Source: Hemiscyllium ocellatum
Taxonomy: Eukaryota
DNA: 64,000 nt
Assembly: GCF_020745735.1 (NCBI RefSeq)
Contig: NC_083449.1
Location: 6,856,923-6,920,922, forward strand
Direction of reading: 5' to 3'
Positions 37,140 through 51,332 of the stretch are shown piece after piece. Made by a program: the position numbers and the translations under genes. Positions within the stretch are counted from its first letter, which is position 1, and every line of letters starts with the position of its first letter. A model generated the notes under the pieces. That model saw only the letters and a list, made by a program, of their open reading frames with translations, was not told where the DNA came from and searched no databases.

Positions 37140-39755
37140 ACAGTCTTGGCAGATAAGGTTAAGCATAATTCAATGAGATTCTACAAGATCGTTCAAAGCA
37201 AGTTAACAATGAGGGAGAGAAAGAGAGTAGGGCACCTTAAAGATCAAACATGTAGTTGTTGTTGTCGGAGACCCCCCCCCCCCCCCGAAACGGAATGCAA
37301 CCTCAGCAGGCAGGCAGAACTCAGGCAGGTGGAGGTTTATTCATGCAAAACCCATTTAAAGCAGGGACAAAAGATCCTCTCCAGAGACCAGCCCTGAAGG
37401 GGAGATCATGACACACTCTGAATTTGTAACATAAAGCCGTAATTTTATAAATTTGCTGATGACAATTGCATACAACTTGATCACTTTGATCCTCCCTCAT
37501 ACTTCGTAAACCCAATCCTATAAGACACTGAATCAATGACAGTCATTCCTTTAACAGGCCTCAGCTTCCCATGACCTCATGGCATTGAAAAGACACTATA
37601 ATTATGCATCCTTGCCATCTTTCTATGCATCCTCTTCATTCACATTCCAAAGTTAATTGCTGGACTCCTTCAGGCCTCTCAGACTGGCTTTATCTGTGAG
37701 TCAGTTTGAATTCTGTTATTCATTGTATCTCATGTGCTTTCTTTATGAAATTCTGTTTTTCCTCTTATATTTCCCATTGTCCTAATTATGTGTGTTAAAA
37801 AATACCAAAGACATTTAGTTTTAACTTGTTACTATAAGATTTCTAAGAATGTTTTCTGTTCTGGTTAGTTAGGCTTAGGTCGGTTTTCAAAGACTTCCAG
37901 CATAGATACATAGAACCAAAACATTTATGCCAATGTGTGAAAGTTAGTAAGTTTTCAGAAGTACCCTGATTTTCCCTGGACAAAATAGATTACTCACAGC
38001 CATTCATGACAATGTACTAAGGGTAGACATTTGTCAGCTATTTTGTGGGAGCAGACATGGGTCATTTTGTTACCCGCAGATCCAATTCACCTATGCAGTT
38101 CTGTTTGAATTTCAGAAGACATGAAGCAGAAAATGAATTTTCATATCAGTTTTTACTGGGAAGCAGGCAAACTCAGGAAAATGAATGTTGATGTTTTGAA
38201 AATAGTTCACATTACATAAGAGGAAATGCTGGATAATCTCAGAGACCTGATTGAATGTATCCCAGGACATTGTGGGAAATGAAGGAGGATATTGTGGTGC
38301 CCCGTGCAGAAATATTTTTATCATCTGTAACTATGGTGTGGTGCTGGATGATCAGATATTGGGGAATATTTCGCCGTTATTTTAAAAAGGGATGTAAGGA
38401 GAAGCCTAGGAAGTATAGATCTGTGAGTCTGACTTGTGTGATGGGTACATTGTTGAAGGTGATTCTGAAAGATAGGATTCAAACGTACGGTTTGGGGAGG
38501 AGTGTTAGGAGAGGGCAAGGAATAATTAGGAATTGTCAGGATTGTTTTGTAGAAGGAAATTATTTTTCCCAAAGTTGATTGAGATTGTTCAGGGAGTATC
38601 CAAGAAGAATGAGGGCACATTGGTAAACATTATTGACTTGAAGTTTGGTAAAGTCTTTTACAAGTTTCTGCATGGTAGACTAAATAACAAGGTTAGATTA
38701 CATGGGATTCAGGTTGAGCGTGCCAATTGAATATAAAATTGATATAACAGCAGGAGATGGAGAGGAGGTGGACAGTTGCTTATTAGACTGGATACAAGTT
38801 ACCAATGATGTTCCACCCCATTCGGTGCTGGGTCCACTTTTGTTTTTTTTTAATGTAAATGATTTAGATGAGAATGCAGAAGACATGGTTAATAATTTTG
38901 CAGATGTCATCAAAATTGGTGGCATAGTGGACAGTGAAGGCTATCTCAGATTAGAAACAAATCTTGATTAAATCAGTCAATGGCATGAGGAATGGTAGAT
39001 GGAGTTATTGAGGCAATGCATATTTACAAAACAAACAAGGATAGAACTTATACAATTACAAGTAGGGCCTTGGGTAGTGCTGTTGAACAGAGAGACCTAG
39101 TTGGCCAGTGCATATTTTTGAAGTTTGCTTTACATGTAGATAATGTGGTGAAGAAAACATCTAGTGTGCTTGCCTTCATTGCTCAGACCTTTGAACACAG
39201 GAGTTGGAAGGTTGTATTGAGGTTGCATAGGATGGTGATGAATCCTCTTCTGGATTACCGTATCAAGTTTTGGTCACCCTGTTATCAAAAGTATACTATT
39301 AAGCTGGAAAGGGTTCAGAAAAGATTTACTAGGATATTGATGGGAATGGAAGATTCCATTATAAGAATAGGCTAGAACTTCTGTTCTTTGGAGCCTAAGA
39401 TCTTGATGGGTGATAGAGTTTTGACAATCATAAGAGTTAAAGGTAAGGGGAATGGTAGGTATCTTTTTCTATGGTAGGAGACTGCAAGACTATGAGACAC
39501 ATTTTTAAAGGTAAAAGGAAAAAGATTTTAAAAGTAAGTTTTTAAAATAAAAACAGCATAGATTGTGTGGAATTATCTTTGAAACGGGGTGATGAATATG
39601 GACACAGTCACAATGTTGAAAAGACATTTGGATAAGTATATCATTGTTAAGATTTTGGAGGGTTATGGGCCAAAAACAGGCAGGTGTGACTTGTCTATCT
39701 TGAGATTATATTGGGTATGGACTGGTTGGACAGGAGGATCTGTGCTATTTGACTG
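37140..39755 (+). mobile_element. Decayed CR1 ORF2 with an LTR-like insert (~37265-38078)
   Basis: KKGCKEKPRKYRSVSLT, SVLGPLLF and FADVIKIGG. The insert shares motifs with the 22137-23160 LTR. Confidence 0.8.
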
Positions 39756-40280
39756 ACCCTTGCAGTGAGGCTAGTGTTCTGGTTTGATCTCAGTTCATTT
39801 TGAAAGCTTCCAAACAATAGCAGAAAGTCTCATTCAGAGTACTGTGCAATCAAACGACACTCTTGTGTTTGGAAATGTTACTCTAAAATGAATCTATCCA
39901 TGGAGTTCAAAGATAGGGCACTTCTGTTCGGCGGAGGTGGGTATTGCAGATGCTGGAGATTAGAGTGGTGCTCGGAAAGTACAGCAGTTCAGGCAGCATC
40001 CGAGAAGCAGGAAAATCGATGTTTCAGGCAAAAGCCTTTCCTGCTGCGCTTTTCACGCTCCTTGTGCTACGGCTCAAACGGTGAACGACCATGAGAAAAG
40101 GTTTCCTTTCAGATCACACACACAGTGACAGTGCAGTATCGAATAAGGCAGGGACCGACATTGATATCAATTAAATGAAGGTAATTCACTCAGACAGACG
40201 GGAGTGTTTAACTCCTTCCACAGATGCTGTGAGTGGCTCCTAAAAGAACCTTTGGTTTGTCAAATTCAAGAACAGTTTCT

Positions 40281-40671
<391 letters not shown>

Positions 40672-41617
40672 AGCCACAAACACTTTCGAAGAGAATACTG
40701 CACTCCGCCTCTTATACTGTCGGGAGGAATGGTGGGGTGACTATTTCCGATTGGTCCCATTGTTCAGCCCCGCCTAATGTTGTTTCAATCCCCAATCAGA
40801 TCACAGTTTCATTTCCCAATCGGTGAGGGTCCGGGGAGGGGGGCGGAAAATACCGGCGCCAAATCATCAACCGCTTTCTTTCCAATTTGAAAAGCCCGCC
40901 AATTTCCAAACAAAGGAGTAAGTTTTACATGAAAAATGAAGTACAAAAAGTGAGGAAGTTTAAAAAAAACATTAATACAATTGTTAATTTACTTTTAATT
41001 TACAAATGTGTACTTCACACCGTCTTAGTCTCCCTCATTTGCCGACCTCTACCTGACCATTTCTGATTTTGAAAGTGGGTTATTTTCTAAACCTTGAGAA
41101 GAAGCTGAAACAAAACAGGCCAAACACTGCAATCTGCAACCGGTCTTTTCACTTCACATTTCTTTAGCACACTAACATGCTGAGAACGCGGCCCACAACG
41201 TTCTTCCGGCTCAGGATCAATGGAGAACACTGATTTTAAGACGATCTTTTACAGACGTCCTCGATTGTCGCTCTCGATCAGATTCAGCAAAAGCTCCACA
41301 TTTCAGTCCGGTAACAGTGTTCTCTCGGTTCACTTTGAAAGTCTCTCTCTGAGAACAGGAAGTGAGACTGAAGGATATGGGCACTTACTTTTTGTCTGCC
41401 ACGGGTGAATATACAAGATGAAAGATGACTCACTGGCACTTAATCCGCTTTCTCCACCCCAACCCCCATTAATCCGCAAAGTACTTGTAAAAACAAATGC
41501 ATATCGCACTGAAATTAAAATTACCTCGTCAAGAATTATTGTACAAAACAAAACAAAACAAAACAAAACAATCAAATCGTAAAGAATTAGTTCAGCTGTC
41601 TCAGGGAAGTTATGGGT

Positions 41618-41633
41618 GGCTCTTAAAAGAGCC
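41618..41633 (-). terminator. Intact histone stem-loop of the H2B pseudogene
   Basis: GGCTCTTTTAAGAGCC with CCCAAA/ACCCA flanks. Confidence 0.9.
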
Positions 41634-41674
41634 TTTGGGTTGTGGATGTGTATGTTTCAGTGCAGTGCGGTCCT

Positions 41675-42042
<368 letters not shown>

Positions 42043-44139
42043 CGTCCTACTCACTTCCAGACACAGAATAAGGGAAAGTGGGCTTGGAGTTCCCTTTTTA
42101 TAGACTGATAGCGTTAGCAACGGTAATGAGGGATTGGGTGGGTGGGGTAGAGCCTGGCTCCTGATTGGTAGTGTAGGCATGGTAACTTCGCTCTGATTGG
42201 TTAGTGTGGCACTCAAGTGGATCTGTTAGGATCTGTAATACCATCGGAAACACAAACCAAAATTTTGTGAAGGGATCAAATTCCGACCTCACTCGATGGT
42301 TTTCTTTTCTTTTCCATTTTAAAATAGCATCACATTTGTTGTCAAGTGAGAAAATGCACTGCAATCTGACAGAGAGTGTGTTTTACTCCTGGAAATGATG
42401 GAACTACTTGACAAGTGCATCGTGTTGGAGGAAAATGGGGAGTTAAGCAATGTTGTCTTTTGCTTGCGTTTCTTGCTCTACACTCTGAAGGTGAAGGACA
42501 TCCTATTATCTACGCTGTAAACTCCCTTCAGTTATCTTTTCCTCTATTCTTCTTCAAATCTCCAATGAGTATCAGCCAAAGTATTCATACATTACTCAGA
42601 ATAGCTGCCAGGGTGCGTATCATTGTCAGTTCTACTCTGATTACCTCAATGACTAAAGGGAACTGACGTACTGTGACCTGTGAGTAGAAAAGCACAGCAG
42701 TTCAGGCAGCAACTGTGGAGCAGTAAAATCAACGTTTCGGGCGACCTGTGCCTTTTGCTTCCTGCTGACAACATGAATTTTACTCTCTATCTGTTCGGTG
42801 TCAGCAGCCTCCTGCCAATACTTCAGTTTCTGAAATTTTACTTTGCACTACATTCGAATAGACATTATTTGGTGCATTTCAGTTTCTAGCAGAAGTTTTT
42901 TCATTATGAACTTTGCTATGTGGATTTTCTCTGAACTTTATTTGGTCACAAGTCATTTGTACTCACTCTGAACTGGTCACTGTTATTTAAAGATTATTTT
43001 GAACATGATACCTGTGCCAATTTTAATTGTGACAATCTCGTGTTATTTGTTTTATCACTGTGATTCCCTGCTTACACTGTGAGATAGCGTTGTTCAGAAT
43101 TTCAGGTTGGTTAAGGGTTAGTTTACCTCTCCTTATTGGCTGTGTAAAACTGAAGTGTGGTATTTGATCTGCCCATGTGAGCTTTCGGGAGGTGAATGAT
43201 TATTACTCTCTCACAATCTATCCCTGTCAGTTTCTGCCATCTGAATGTTTGAGTGTAGTATGTCTTTACCTGTCTGTTCTTCCACAGTGATTACGTTAGT
43301 ATAATTATCATAATCTCAGAATGTCTCTGATTTGAGAATGTGTAAGGGTATTTATCATTGCAATGCCTATCAGTCTTTGCTATGAGACTGTTTGACTGGC
43401 TTTATTAATCTGTACCCGTTTCTTTCTGCTCAATGAATTTGTCTGTGTAATTATCAATCTCCCAATATCAGTCTCTGCTATGTGAATGTGGGAGTGCTTT
43501 TATCAGTGTTACCTTGTTCATTTCTCTGTTGGGAATATGTCAATGTAGTTTTCAACATGTACCTGTCAGCTTCTGTTTTGTGAGTAGCTCAGTTTAGTTA
43601 AACTTTTCCACACAGGTTGTGATGTGCGAATATGGCGGTCTAGTCATCAATCTGTCCCTGTCAGTGTTTGCTCTGTGAATGTGAGAGTGTATTTACTAAT
43701 TGGTCCCTGACAGTTTCTGCTATGTAAATGGGGGTTTTGCTAACCATGTCTTTATGTTCATTTCTGTTATGTGAACGTTTGACTGGCTTTCTCAATCTGT
43801 ACCTGTCAGTTTCTGCTCAGTGAATATGTCTGTGTAATGAACAGTCTATCCCTATCAGTCTCTGCTTCGAGTCTGTGTGAATGCTTTTATCAGTCTCACC
43901 TTGTCAGTTTCTGTGTTATAAACATGGTCATCAATCTTTAACTGACATTTTCTGGTTTGTGAATATGAGAGTTTGGTTATTGATCTGTACCTGTCAGCTT
44001 CTGCTTTATGAATATCTAAATTTGGCTTAATCTGTTCCTGAATGTTTCTCTGGTGTACATATGGCAGTGTAGTTATCTATCTGTACCAGTCTATTTCTGT
44101 TATGTGAATATGAGGGCAGGTAACAGTTAGAATGATTGT

Positions 44140-45100
44140 GCGGCTTTAAAAGGTGCATTTTGTCCTGTCCACAGTAGTTAACATACAACGCAATAAAGAA
44201 GAAATTGGAATACTTAACAGAATAATGGATACAGTACCACTTCCTAATTAACTGTTCCAATACAGTAATATCTTATAAACATCCTTGGCAAAAGACAAAT
44301 TCAATAAAATATATAGTCTCACATCTGACTCCAGTAACAAAAAGAAAATCTGCAGCTGCTGACTGTAACTGAGAGGAAAAAAAATAGTTTACTGTCTCCA
44401 AGACGCTGACAGTTTTGCTGAAAGCCAAAACTAAAAATGTCATTCTTTGAGAGCTTGACCACACCCATTCAGGCTGCTTCTGTTGTTCCAACTTTAAAAG
44501 GAGCCTCAAACTGTTTACTCTAGTGCAGACTTCTTGGCACTTCTGCCATAAAACCTCTCTTCAACAAGAAAGAAAGAACAAAATAAATATCTTAAAGCTA
44601 CAATATCATCAAACCTTCCACCCTTCTTAAAAAGAACTGATCAATATAAAGAGATGGCCTAATTTTTAAAAATTCCTTAGCTTTACATTGTTAGTAAACA
44701 ATATGTGCACATTTAGTTGACTCCAAGCATACATACACTCACTACGACAGTCCATGTTTTCCTGCTATGTAACGCTTCCATCTTTTATCATCAAAGTCGC
44801 AACAACACTTTGGCAATTAGGTTCTCTCGTCCTGCCATGTGTGTAATTTGCAAAGTGAATGGCTGCGATAGTAAACTTCATCTAAACAGTCTGTAATTTT
44901 TGTTCTTAAATTTCTCCAAAAATAATAACCTGAAGGTGTCCTTCTCAAACATGAAGTATTTCTGTTGAGTCTTCAGCTTTCTGTAAAGATGCCCAATAGG
45001 CCTCAAACTGTTTCCTCTCATGGCTCGGTGTCTCTGCCTTAAATTTGCTCTTCAAGAACAAAAAGACAAAAACCTGTTAAAGCCACAGTCTCAATCTCTT
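44140..45100 (-). mobile_element. Gmr1-like LTR element 3' end (RNase H, PPT, 3' LTR) plus an LTR fragment
   Basis: Minus-strand RLFR*SLLSQPFTLQITHMAGRENLIA. PPT aagaagggtggaagg abuts the LTR-start TG at ~44611. Confidence 0.7.
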
Positions 45101-48100
45101 ATTTCTCGAATTGTGAATATGCAAATTCATCTATTGACGTGTACCTGTCCATTCTTGTCACATGAACATGTAAATGTTGTCATTAATGTGTTCCTGTCAG
45201 TTATTGCAATTCAAGCGTGTGACTACTGTTATAAATTTACCCTCTCAGTTTCTGCTGTGTGAATGTGAGTTTAATTATCAAACTGTACCTGTCAATTCAT
45301 GTTCTGTGAAATCGGAGTGTTATCAACTTGTTCCTGTCAGTTTCTGCATTGTGAATATGGGAGTGCACTTATTAATCTTTCTAGGACAGTTACTATTGTG
45401 CAAAAGTGCAAGTGTACTTACCTAAATGTCCGTGTCAGGTTCTGACATCTGAATGTAATTTTAGCTATCCTAACATACCTGTCAGTTTGTCTTTTATCTC
45501 TGGGAGTGAGAGTGTCACCTTCAGTCTCTACCTGACAGCAGTTGAGTTTGGTTATTGATCTGTAATGCCACTTTCTGATAGGTGAACATTTGAGCACAGT
45601 TATTCATCTGTACGTGATACTTTCTGATATCTGAATATGAAAGTGTAGTTGTCAACCCATTCCTGTTGGTATGTGCAATGAAAATAAGAGAGTGTGTGTC
45701 ACTTTGTCATGTGAACATCAGAGTGTTATGAATCTATCCATGACAGTGCCTGCAAAAGATTTTGTGTGTGTGTGTGTAACTGCCCTGTTAATACGTGTGT
45801 TGTCATCAATGCGTTTTTGCTTGTTTCTGCAAAGTGAACGAGTGAACAAAGGTATCAATGCATGCTTGTCAGTTACTATTTGGTAAAGGGATGTATCTCT
45901 CTGGCAGCCACTAATATTCTCTGTGAGGGTGTGATTCGTTATGTGATACTTATGAGGGTGATTGTAGGCAGATCTGTTTCAGTTCGTGAGTGCATATTTT
46001 GGACAAGAATTCAGACTTTCCAGTTTCAAATTTGTGCAAATATCAATGAGCTGTAAATGGTTAATTTGTTCAAACTGGACATATGTGCATTGTGAACTGT
46101 GAGAAAGAAACAAACTGATATTTTCTCAATTGTTTGACAGAAGTGAAATCCCCTGCAAATCACCATCAGTCAAGTTTGACTATCTTTAACTGATCAATGC
46201 AACATTCTGTTAATAATCATAAGGATATTGTATTTAAAGCCAGGAATTCAAACAGAACAACATGTCTGATTCTACTCTTGCTCCATGTCTGATGATTTTT
46301 CTTTTTGTTAATTCAATACCAATTGACTGAGGTCCAGAAACTAACCAATAACTGTACAGCTCCATGAATGGGACTATCCAATGCAAGTGGGTCTGTGAAT
46401 ATGAGTTTAGTTATTGAACTATTCATGTCAATTCCTACTTTGTGAATAACAACCACACTATGACATTCTGTGCCTCTCAGCCTTGCTTAAATTACTTATG
46501 CATTCAAATAGCAGTGACTCACAATGACAGATTGATCGAGAACTATAGATCCATTGAAATGACATTGCACATCAGAGGGCCATTTGGCCTATCTTGTCCA
46601 ATCCAAGCCAAAGACACCAGATGGTCATTTAATCCCATCTTCCTGCTAACAGCCCATATCCCTGCAGCTGAGAGCACTGCCTATTTCTGCAATCTGAATT
46701 TATTTTTCAATTTGTTCCTACCAGTGTCTGTTTCATGGATATGTCAATGTAGCTATCAATTTGGACCAGTCAATTTTTGAATATTTGAATGGAGTTATCC
46801 ATCTCTACTTGTAAATGTCAAAATACAGTTATGAATACATATTTGTCAGTCTCCACAATGTGAATGTGTGAGTTTATTGAGCAGCCTGTCCCTGTCAGTT
46901 TCTGCTCTGTTAATTTGAGAGTGTCAGTAAAACCTGTACCTGTCTGTTTCTGGTTTGTTAATAGATGAATGCAGTTATCAACATATACCTGCCAGTTTCA
47001 GTTAGTATGCATGTAGGAGTGCTGTTATCAATCTGTACCTGTCAGATTTTGCTGTGTGAATGTGACTGTCATTTTCGGTCTCTGTCAATTCTGTCATGTG
47101 AACAAGAGATTGTCAATCAATGTGTTGCTATCAGATGCTGCAATGAGAATGGGTGACTGTAGTTACTAATCTGTCCATGTCATTTTCTGCTTTTATCAAT
47201 AGCAGCGTGCAGTTATCAATCTGTACCTAACATTTTCTGTTGTGTCTGTGGGTGTATTTATCAATCTATTGCTGTCAGTGTTTGCAATGTGAAAGTAAAT
47301 TGATCAATCTTTCCTCATTAGTTTCTGTTCTCTGAGTCAGAGTGTTTAATTATCAATGAGTAACTGTCAGTTTTTGGGTTTGTGAATGCGTAAATGCATT
47401 TATCATTCTGGATCTATCAGATTCTGCTTTGAGTTTTTCTGAGAGTTTAATTTAATCTGTCCCTGTCAGAATCTGTAAATGTAGTTACCAATCCATACCT
47501 GTCAGTTTTTCTGACTGAATATGTGTGTGAAATTGTCACTCTATCCCCGACCAATTCCACTGTGTGAATATGAGAAATTCGGAAGCAATGCTTCCTGTCA
47601 GTCTCTGCAATGTGAATATGTGAGTGTATTTATTAATGTTTCCCTGACAGTTTCTGCTCAGTGAGACAGTGCTGTGATCAATACATTCTGCACTATGAAT
47701 ATGAGCACCTTTATCAAATTATACTTGTCAGAAAATTTTCTCTGCATATACAGAAGTTTAGTAGTCAGTTTCGTTAATGTGAATACGTGAGCACAGGTTT
47801 AAATCTATGCCTATCTGTTTCTGCCAAGTCAATATGCGAGAGTAGTTTTCAATCTCTACCTGTCAGATTCTGTGTGAAATTGAGAGTACTTATCAAACTG
47901 TATCTGAGAGTTTATGTTAAGTGAAAGTGGAAGCGTTGTTATCAAATGGTACCTGTGATTTTCTGTTATGTGACTAGAAGAGTGTAATTTCCAATCTGTC
48001 CCTGTCAGTGTCTCCTCCATATATCCGAGGAAGTAATTAAATTATACCTGCCAATTTTTGCTACGTGAATGAGAGTGTACATCTCAACCAATATCTGGCA

Positions 48101-48411
48101 GTAATAGTTTGAGAATGAGAGTGTTGCTATCAGTCTGTACCTTTCAGTTTCTGTTATTTCAACATTTGAGTTTAGTTATCAATCTGTACCAGTCAGTTTC
48201 TGCTTGGTGAATATATGAGTGCATATATCAACCAGTCCTTGTCAGTATCTGTGTTGTGAATATATGAATGAGGTTATCAATTTGTAAATCTGTCAGTTTC
48301 AGACATGTACAAATGGAAATATACCTGTCAGATTCTGCTCTGCGAATATGGTGGAGTTATCAATCTGTCTTTGCTTTGTGAACATCGAAATATAGTCATT
48401 AATATGGACAT

Positions 48412-49052
48412 AATATTTACTGTATCCGTTGCACCCGATGTGGTCTCTCCACATTGGGGAGACAGGCCGCCTACTTGCGGAACGTTTCAAGGAACACCTC
48501 TGGGACACCCGCACTAACCAACCCAACCGTTCCATGGCTGAACACTTTAACTCCCCCTCCCACTTCGCCAAGGACATGCAGGTCCTTGGCCTCCTCCATC
48601 GCCAGATCATGACCACACGACGCCTGGAGGAAGAGCGCCTCATCTTCCACCTAGGAACCCTCCAACTACACTGGATGAATGTAGATTTCTCCAGCTTCCT
48701 CATTTCCCCTCCCCCCCATCTTATCTCAGTCCCAACCCCCAGATTCAGCACCACCCTTTTGACCTGCAATCTCCTTCCCAACCTCTCTGCCCCCACCCCC
48801 TCCCCGGCCTATCACCCTCCCCCTCACCCTCACCACCTTCCACCTATCGTATTCCCAGCGCCCCTCCCCCAAATTCCCTCCCCCCTACCCTTTATCTCAG
48901 CCCTCTTGGCACACCAGCCTCATTCCTAAAGAAGGGCTTATGCCCGAAACATCGATTCTCCTGCTCCTCAGATGCTGCCTGGCCTGCAGTGTTTTCCAGC
49001 ATCACATTTTTCAACTCTGGTCTCCAGCATCTGCAGTCCTCACTTTCTCCTA
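48412..49052 (+). mobile_element. 5'-truncated Penelope-like element (GIY-YIG and tail) with 14-bp TSD
   Basis: HIGETGRLLAERFKEH. TSD attaatatggacat at 48398-48411 and 49053-49066. Confidence 0.92.
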
Positions 49053-49954
49053 ATTAATATGGACATTTCAGTTTCCATTATGTGAATACGTATGTGTATT
49101 TCCTAACCTACCTCTGAGTTTCTGCTGTCTATCTATGAGAGTGTTGACATGAACACGAAGTTGTAAGTTTTTCGTTTGGTAACGTTCAAATGCCTTTATC
49201 AAAATGTATGTCAGTTTCTGTGATGTTAATGTGTCAGTCCAGTTATCAATTTATGACTGTAATGTTTTGTTCTGTGAATAAATAAGTGGTGGTTATCATC
49301 TGTAACTATTAGTTTCTGTTTCATAAATGAATGAGGGTAGTTGTCAACCTGTTCCTGTCAGTTTATGCTGTGAATGTGTCAGTGTAGTTATCAGTCTGCA
49401 TCTGTCAATTTCTGCGAGGTGAATGAGAGAGTGTAGTTCCTAATATGTACCTGTGAGATTCTGATCTGTTATGTTTGAGTATCTTTATCAAACTGTACAT
49501 GACAGTATGTTTATTTCTCTGTGAACTTGTAAGTGTAGTAATAAATATTTACCTGTTCGGTTATACTATGGGTAAGTTCTTGTCAGTTTCCTCCAAGTGA
49601 GTGTAGTTATCCATCTCTGCCTGTCAGTTTCTGCGATCTGAATGTATGAGTGCAAGTATCAATCTGTGGGTCTCAGTTTCTGCTACGTCAATAAGCGAGT
49701 TACAATTTTTATTTGTATCTGTCAGTTTCAGATATGTGAATGTATGAATGCAGTTATTAATATATCCCTCAATGTTTCTGCTTGCAAAAATGTAAATACA
49801 TTCATTAAATCATCCCTGACATTTTCTGCAAAGTGAATATGAAAATGTAGTTATCAATCTGTAACTGTCAGTTTTAGTTCTGTGAACATACAAGTGTTGT
49901 AATCAATCTGTACCAGTCAGTTTCTGCAGTATGAATATTCTTGTATAATGCGGC

Positions 49955-50285
49955 ACATTATACGGCACAGTGGTTCAGTGGTTGGCTCTGTTGCCTCACA
50001 GCACCAGGGACCTGCATTTGATTCCAGTCTCGGGCAACTGTCTGCGTGGAGTTTGCACATTCTCCCCGTGTCTGGGTGGGTTTCTTCTGGGTGCCCCGGT
50101 TTCCTCCCACAGTCCAAAGAACAGATTAATTGCCCATCGTGTTCAGAGATGTGTGGGTTAGGTGCATTAGTCAGGGGTAAATGTAGAGTGATAAGGGAAT
50201 GGCTCTGGTTGAGATAATCTTCAGAGGGTCAGTGTGGACTTGCCAGGCTGAACGTCCTGCTTTAAACCTGTATGGATTCTAATTC
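49955..50285 (+). mobile_element. HE1-type SINE
   Basis: ggcacagtggttcagtggttgg...gagtttgcacattctccccg. Confidence 0.85.
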
Positions 50286-51332
50286 TAACTAAAAGACTAT
50301 ATCTTAATAATTCATCTAGCTGAACTTTAAATATAAATTGATTAGTTATTCATCTCTCCCCATCTGTTTCTGATTTGATAATGTATGAATGCATTTATCA
50401 ATCTGAATCTGCTATTTTTTGTAATATGAATATGTGAGTACAGTTACTGTTCTATGCCTGGAGACATAGGAGTGGAGGCTAGGAAACTTGGGGAAATATA
50501 TATTGATATCTTGAAAAATATTTGATATCAGTCCACATGCCAAAAGTGGAGGTGTTAGAGATGTTAAAAAAGTGCATCAAACTCTCAGACCTGATCAAGT
50601 ATATCCCTTGATGTTGTAGGAAGCTGTATTGGTAATTTGAATAAATGATATTGTTTTCTTACTTTTTTTAAGAACATCTCATAGGGAGGGTCAATCTATC
50701 CCTGTCAGTTATTGCAATATGCATGTGTGACTGTGGTTATAAATTTGTACCTGTCAGTTTCTATGTGAATATGTGGGTGCAGTTACCCATCTCAGTTTCT
50801 GCAATGTGAATGAGAGTATAATTATCAGTCTCTAGCTGTCAGCTTCTCCTACATCTGTATGTGATGTTAGTTATGGAGCTGAACATCTGTTAGTTTCTGT
50901 CATATGAATGTGAGTGTCATCATCAACCTGTCCCATATCAACAGCGTGAAACAGAAGCCAAACAGAATTCCCATCAGTGCTGCGGGGATTAAATACCACA
51001 AGAATGTCCCACAGCAGCTTCTTCCCGCTCTGCCTCCCTCAGCAGGCCCACACCCAGCCCGAGAAAGGCCTCTCTCTTCCCCCCCAGCCCGCTCACTCCA
51101 AGTTCCGGGACCAGTTCCTGCTCCGCTCGGCCTCTTACAAACAGCCCCCGGTTCTCCCTGAACTCACCCCGAATCAATCCCGGTCTCGGAGCCCCCTCTG
51201 TGTCCTAGGTTCACATCCCGATGTGCTGCTGGAAGGAGCCTGCTGTTCCCTCGCTTCCCTGGGCGCTGATCTCTCCATTGCGGTTTGTTTCAAACAAACC
51301 TCTTGCACTCACTGAGTAAATGCTCCTCAATG

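Larger units (their letters stand above)
43150..50940 (+). repeat. Largest ~48-bp minisatellite region, TE-interrupted
   Basis: Blocks at 43150-44120, 45110-45880, 46680-48411, 49053-49940 and 50340-50940. Confidence 0.85.

Noticed and set aside
43150-50940. Minisatellite as a CRISPR-like array, micro-exon array or zinc-finger remnant
   Set aside because: No unique spacers or cas genes, eukaryotic context, implied introns of ~35 nt are too short, the period is not 84 bp, and stops are frequent.
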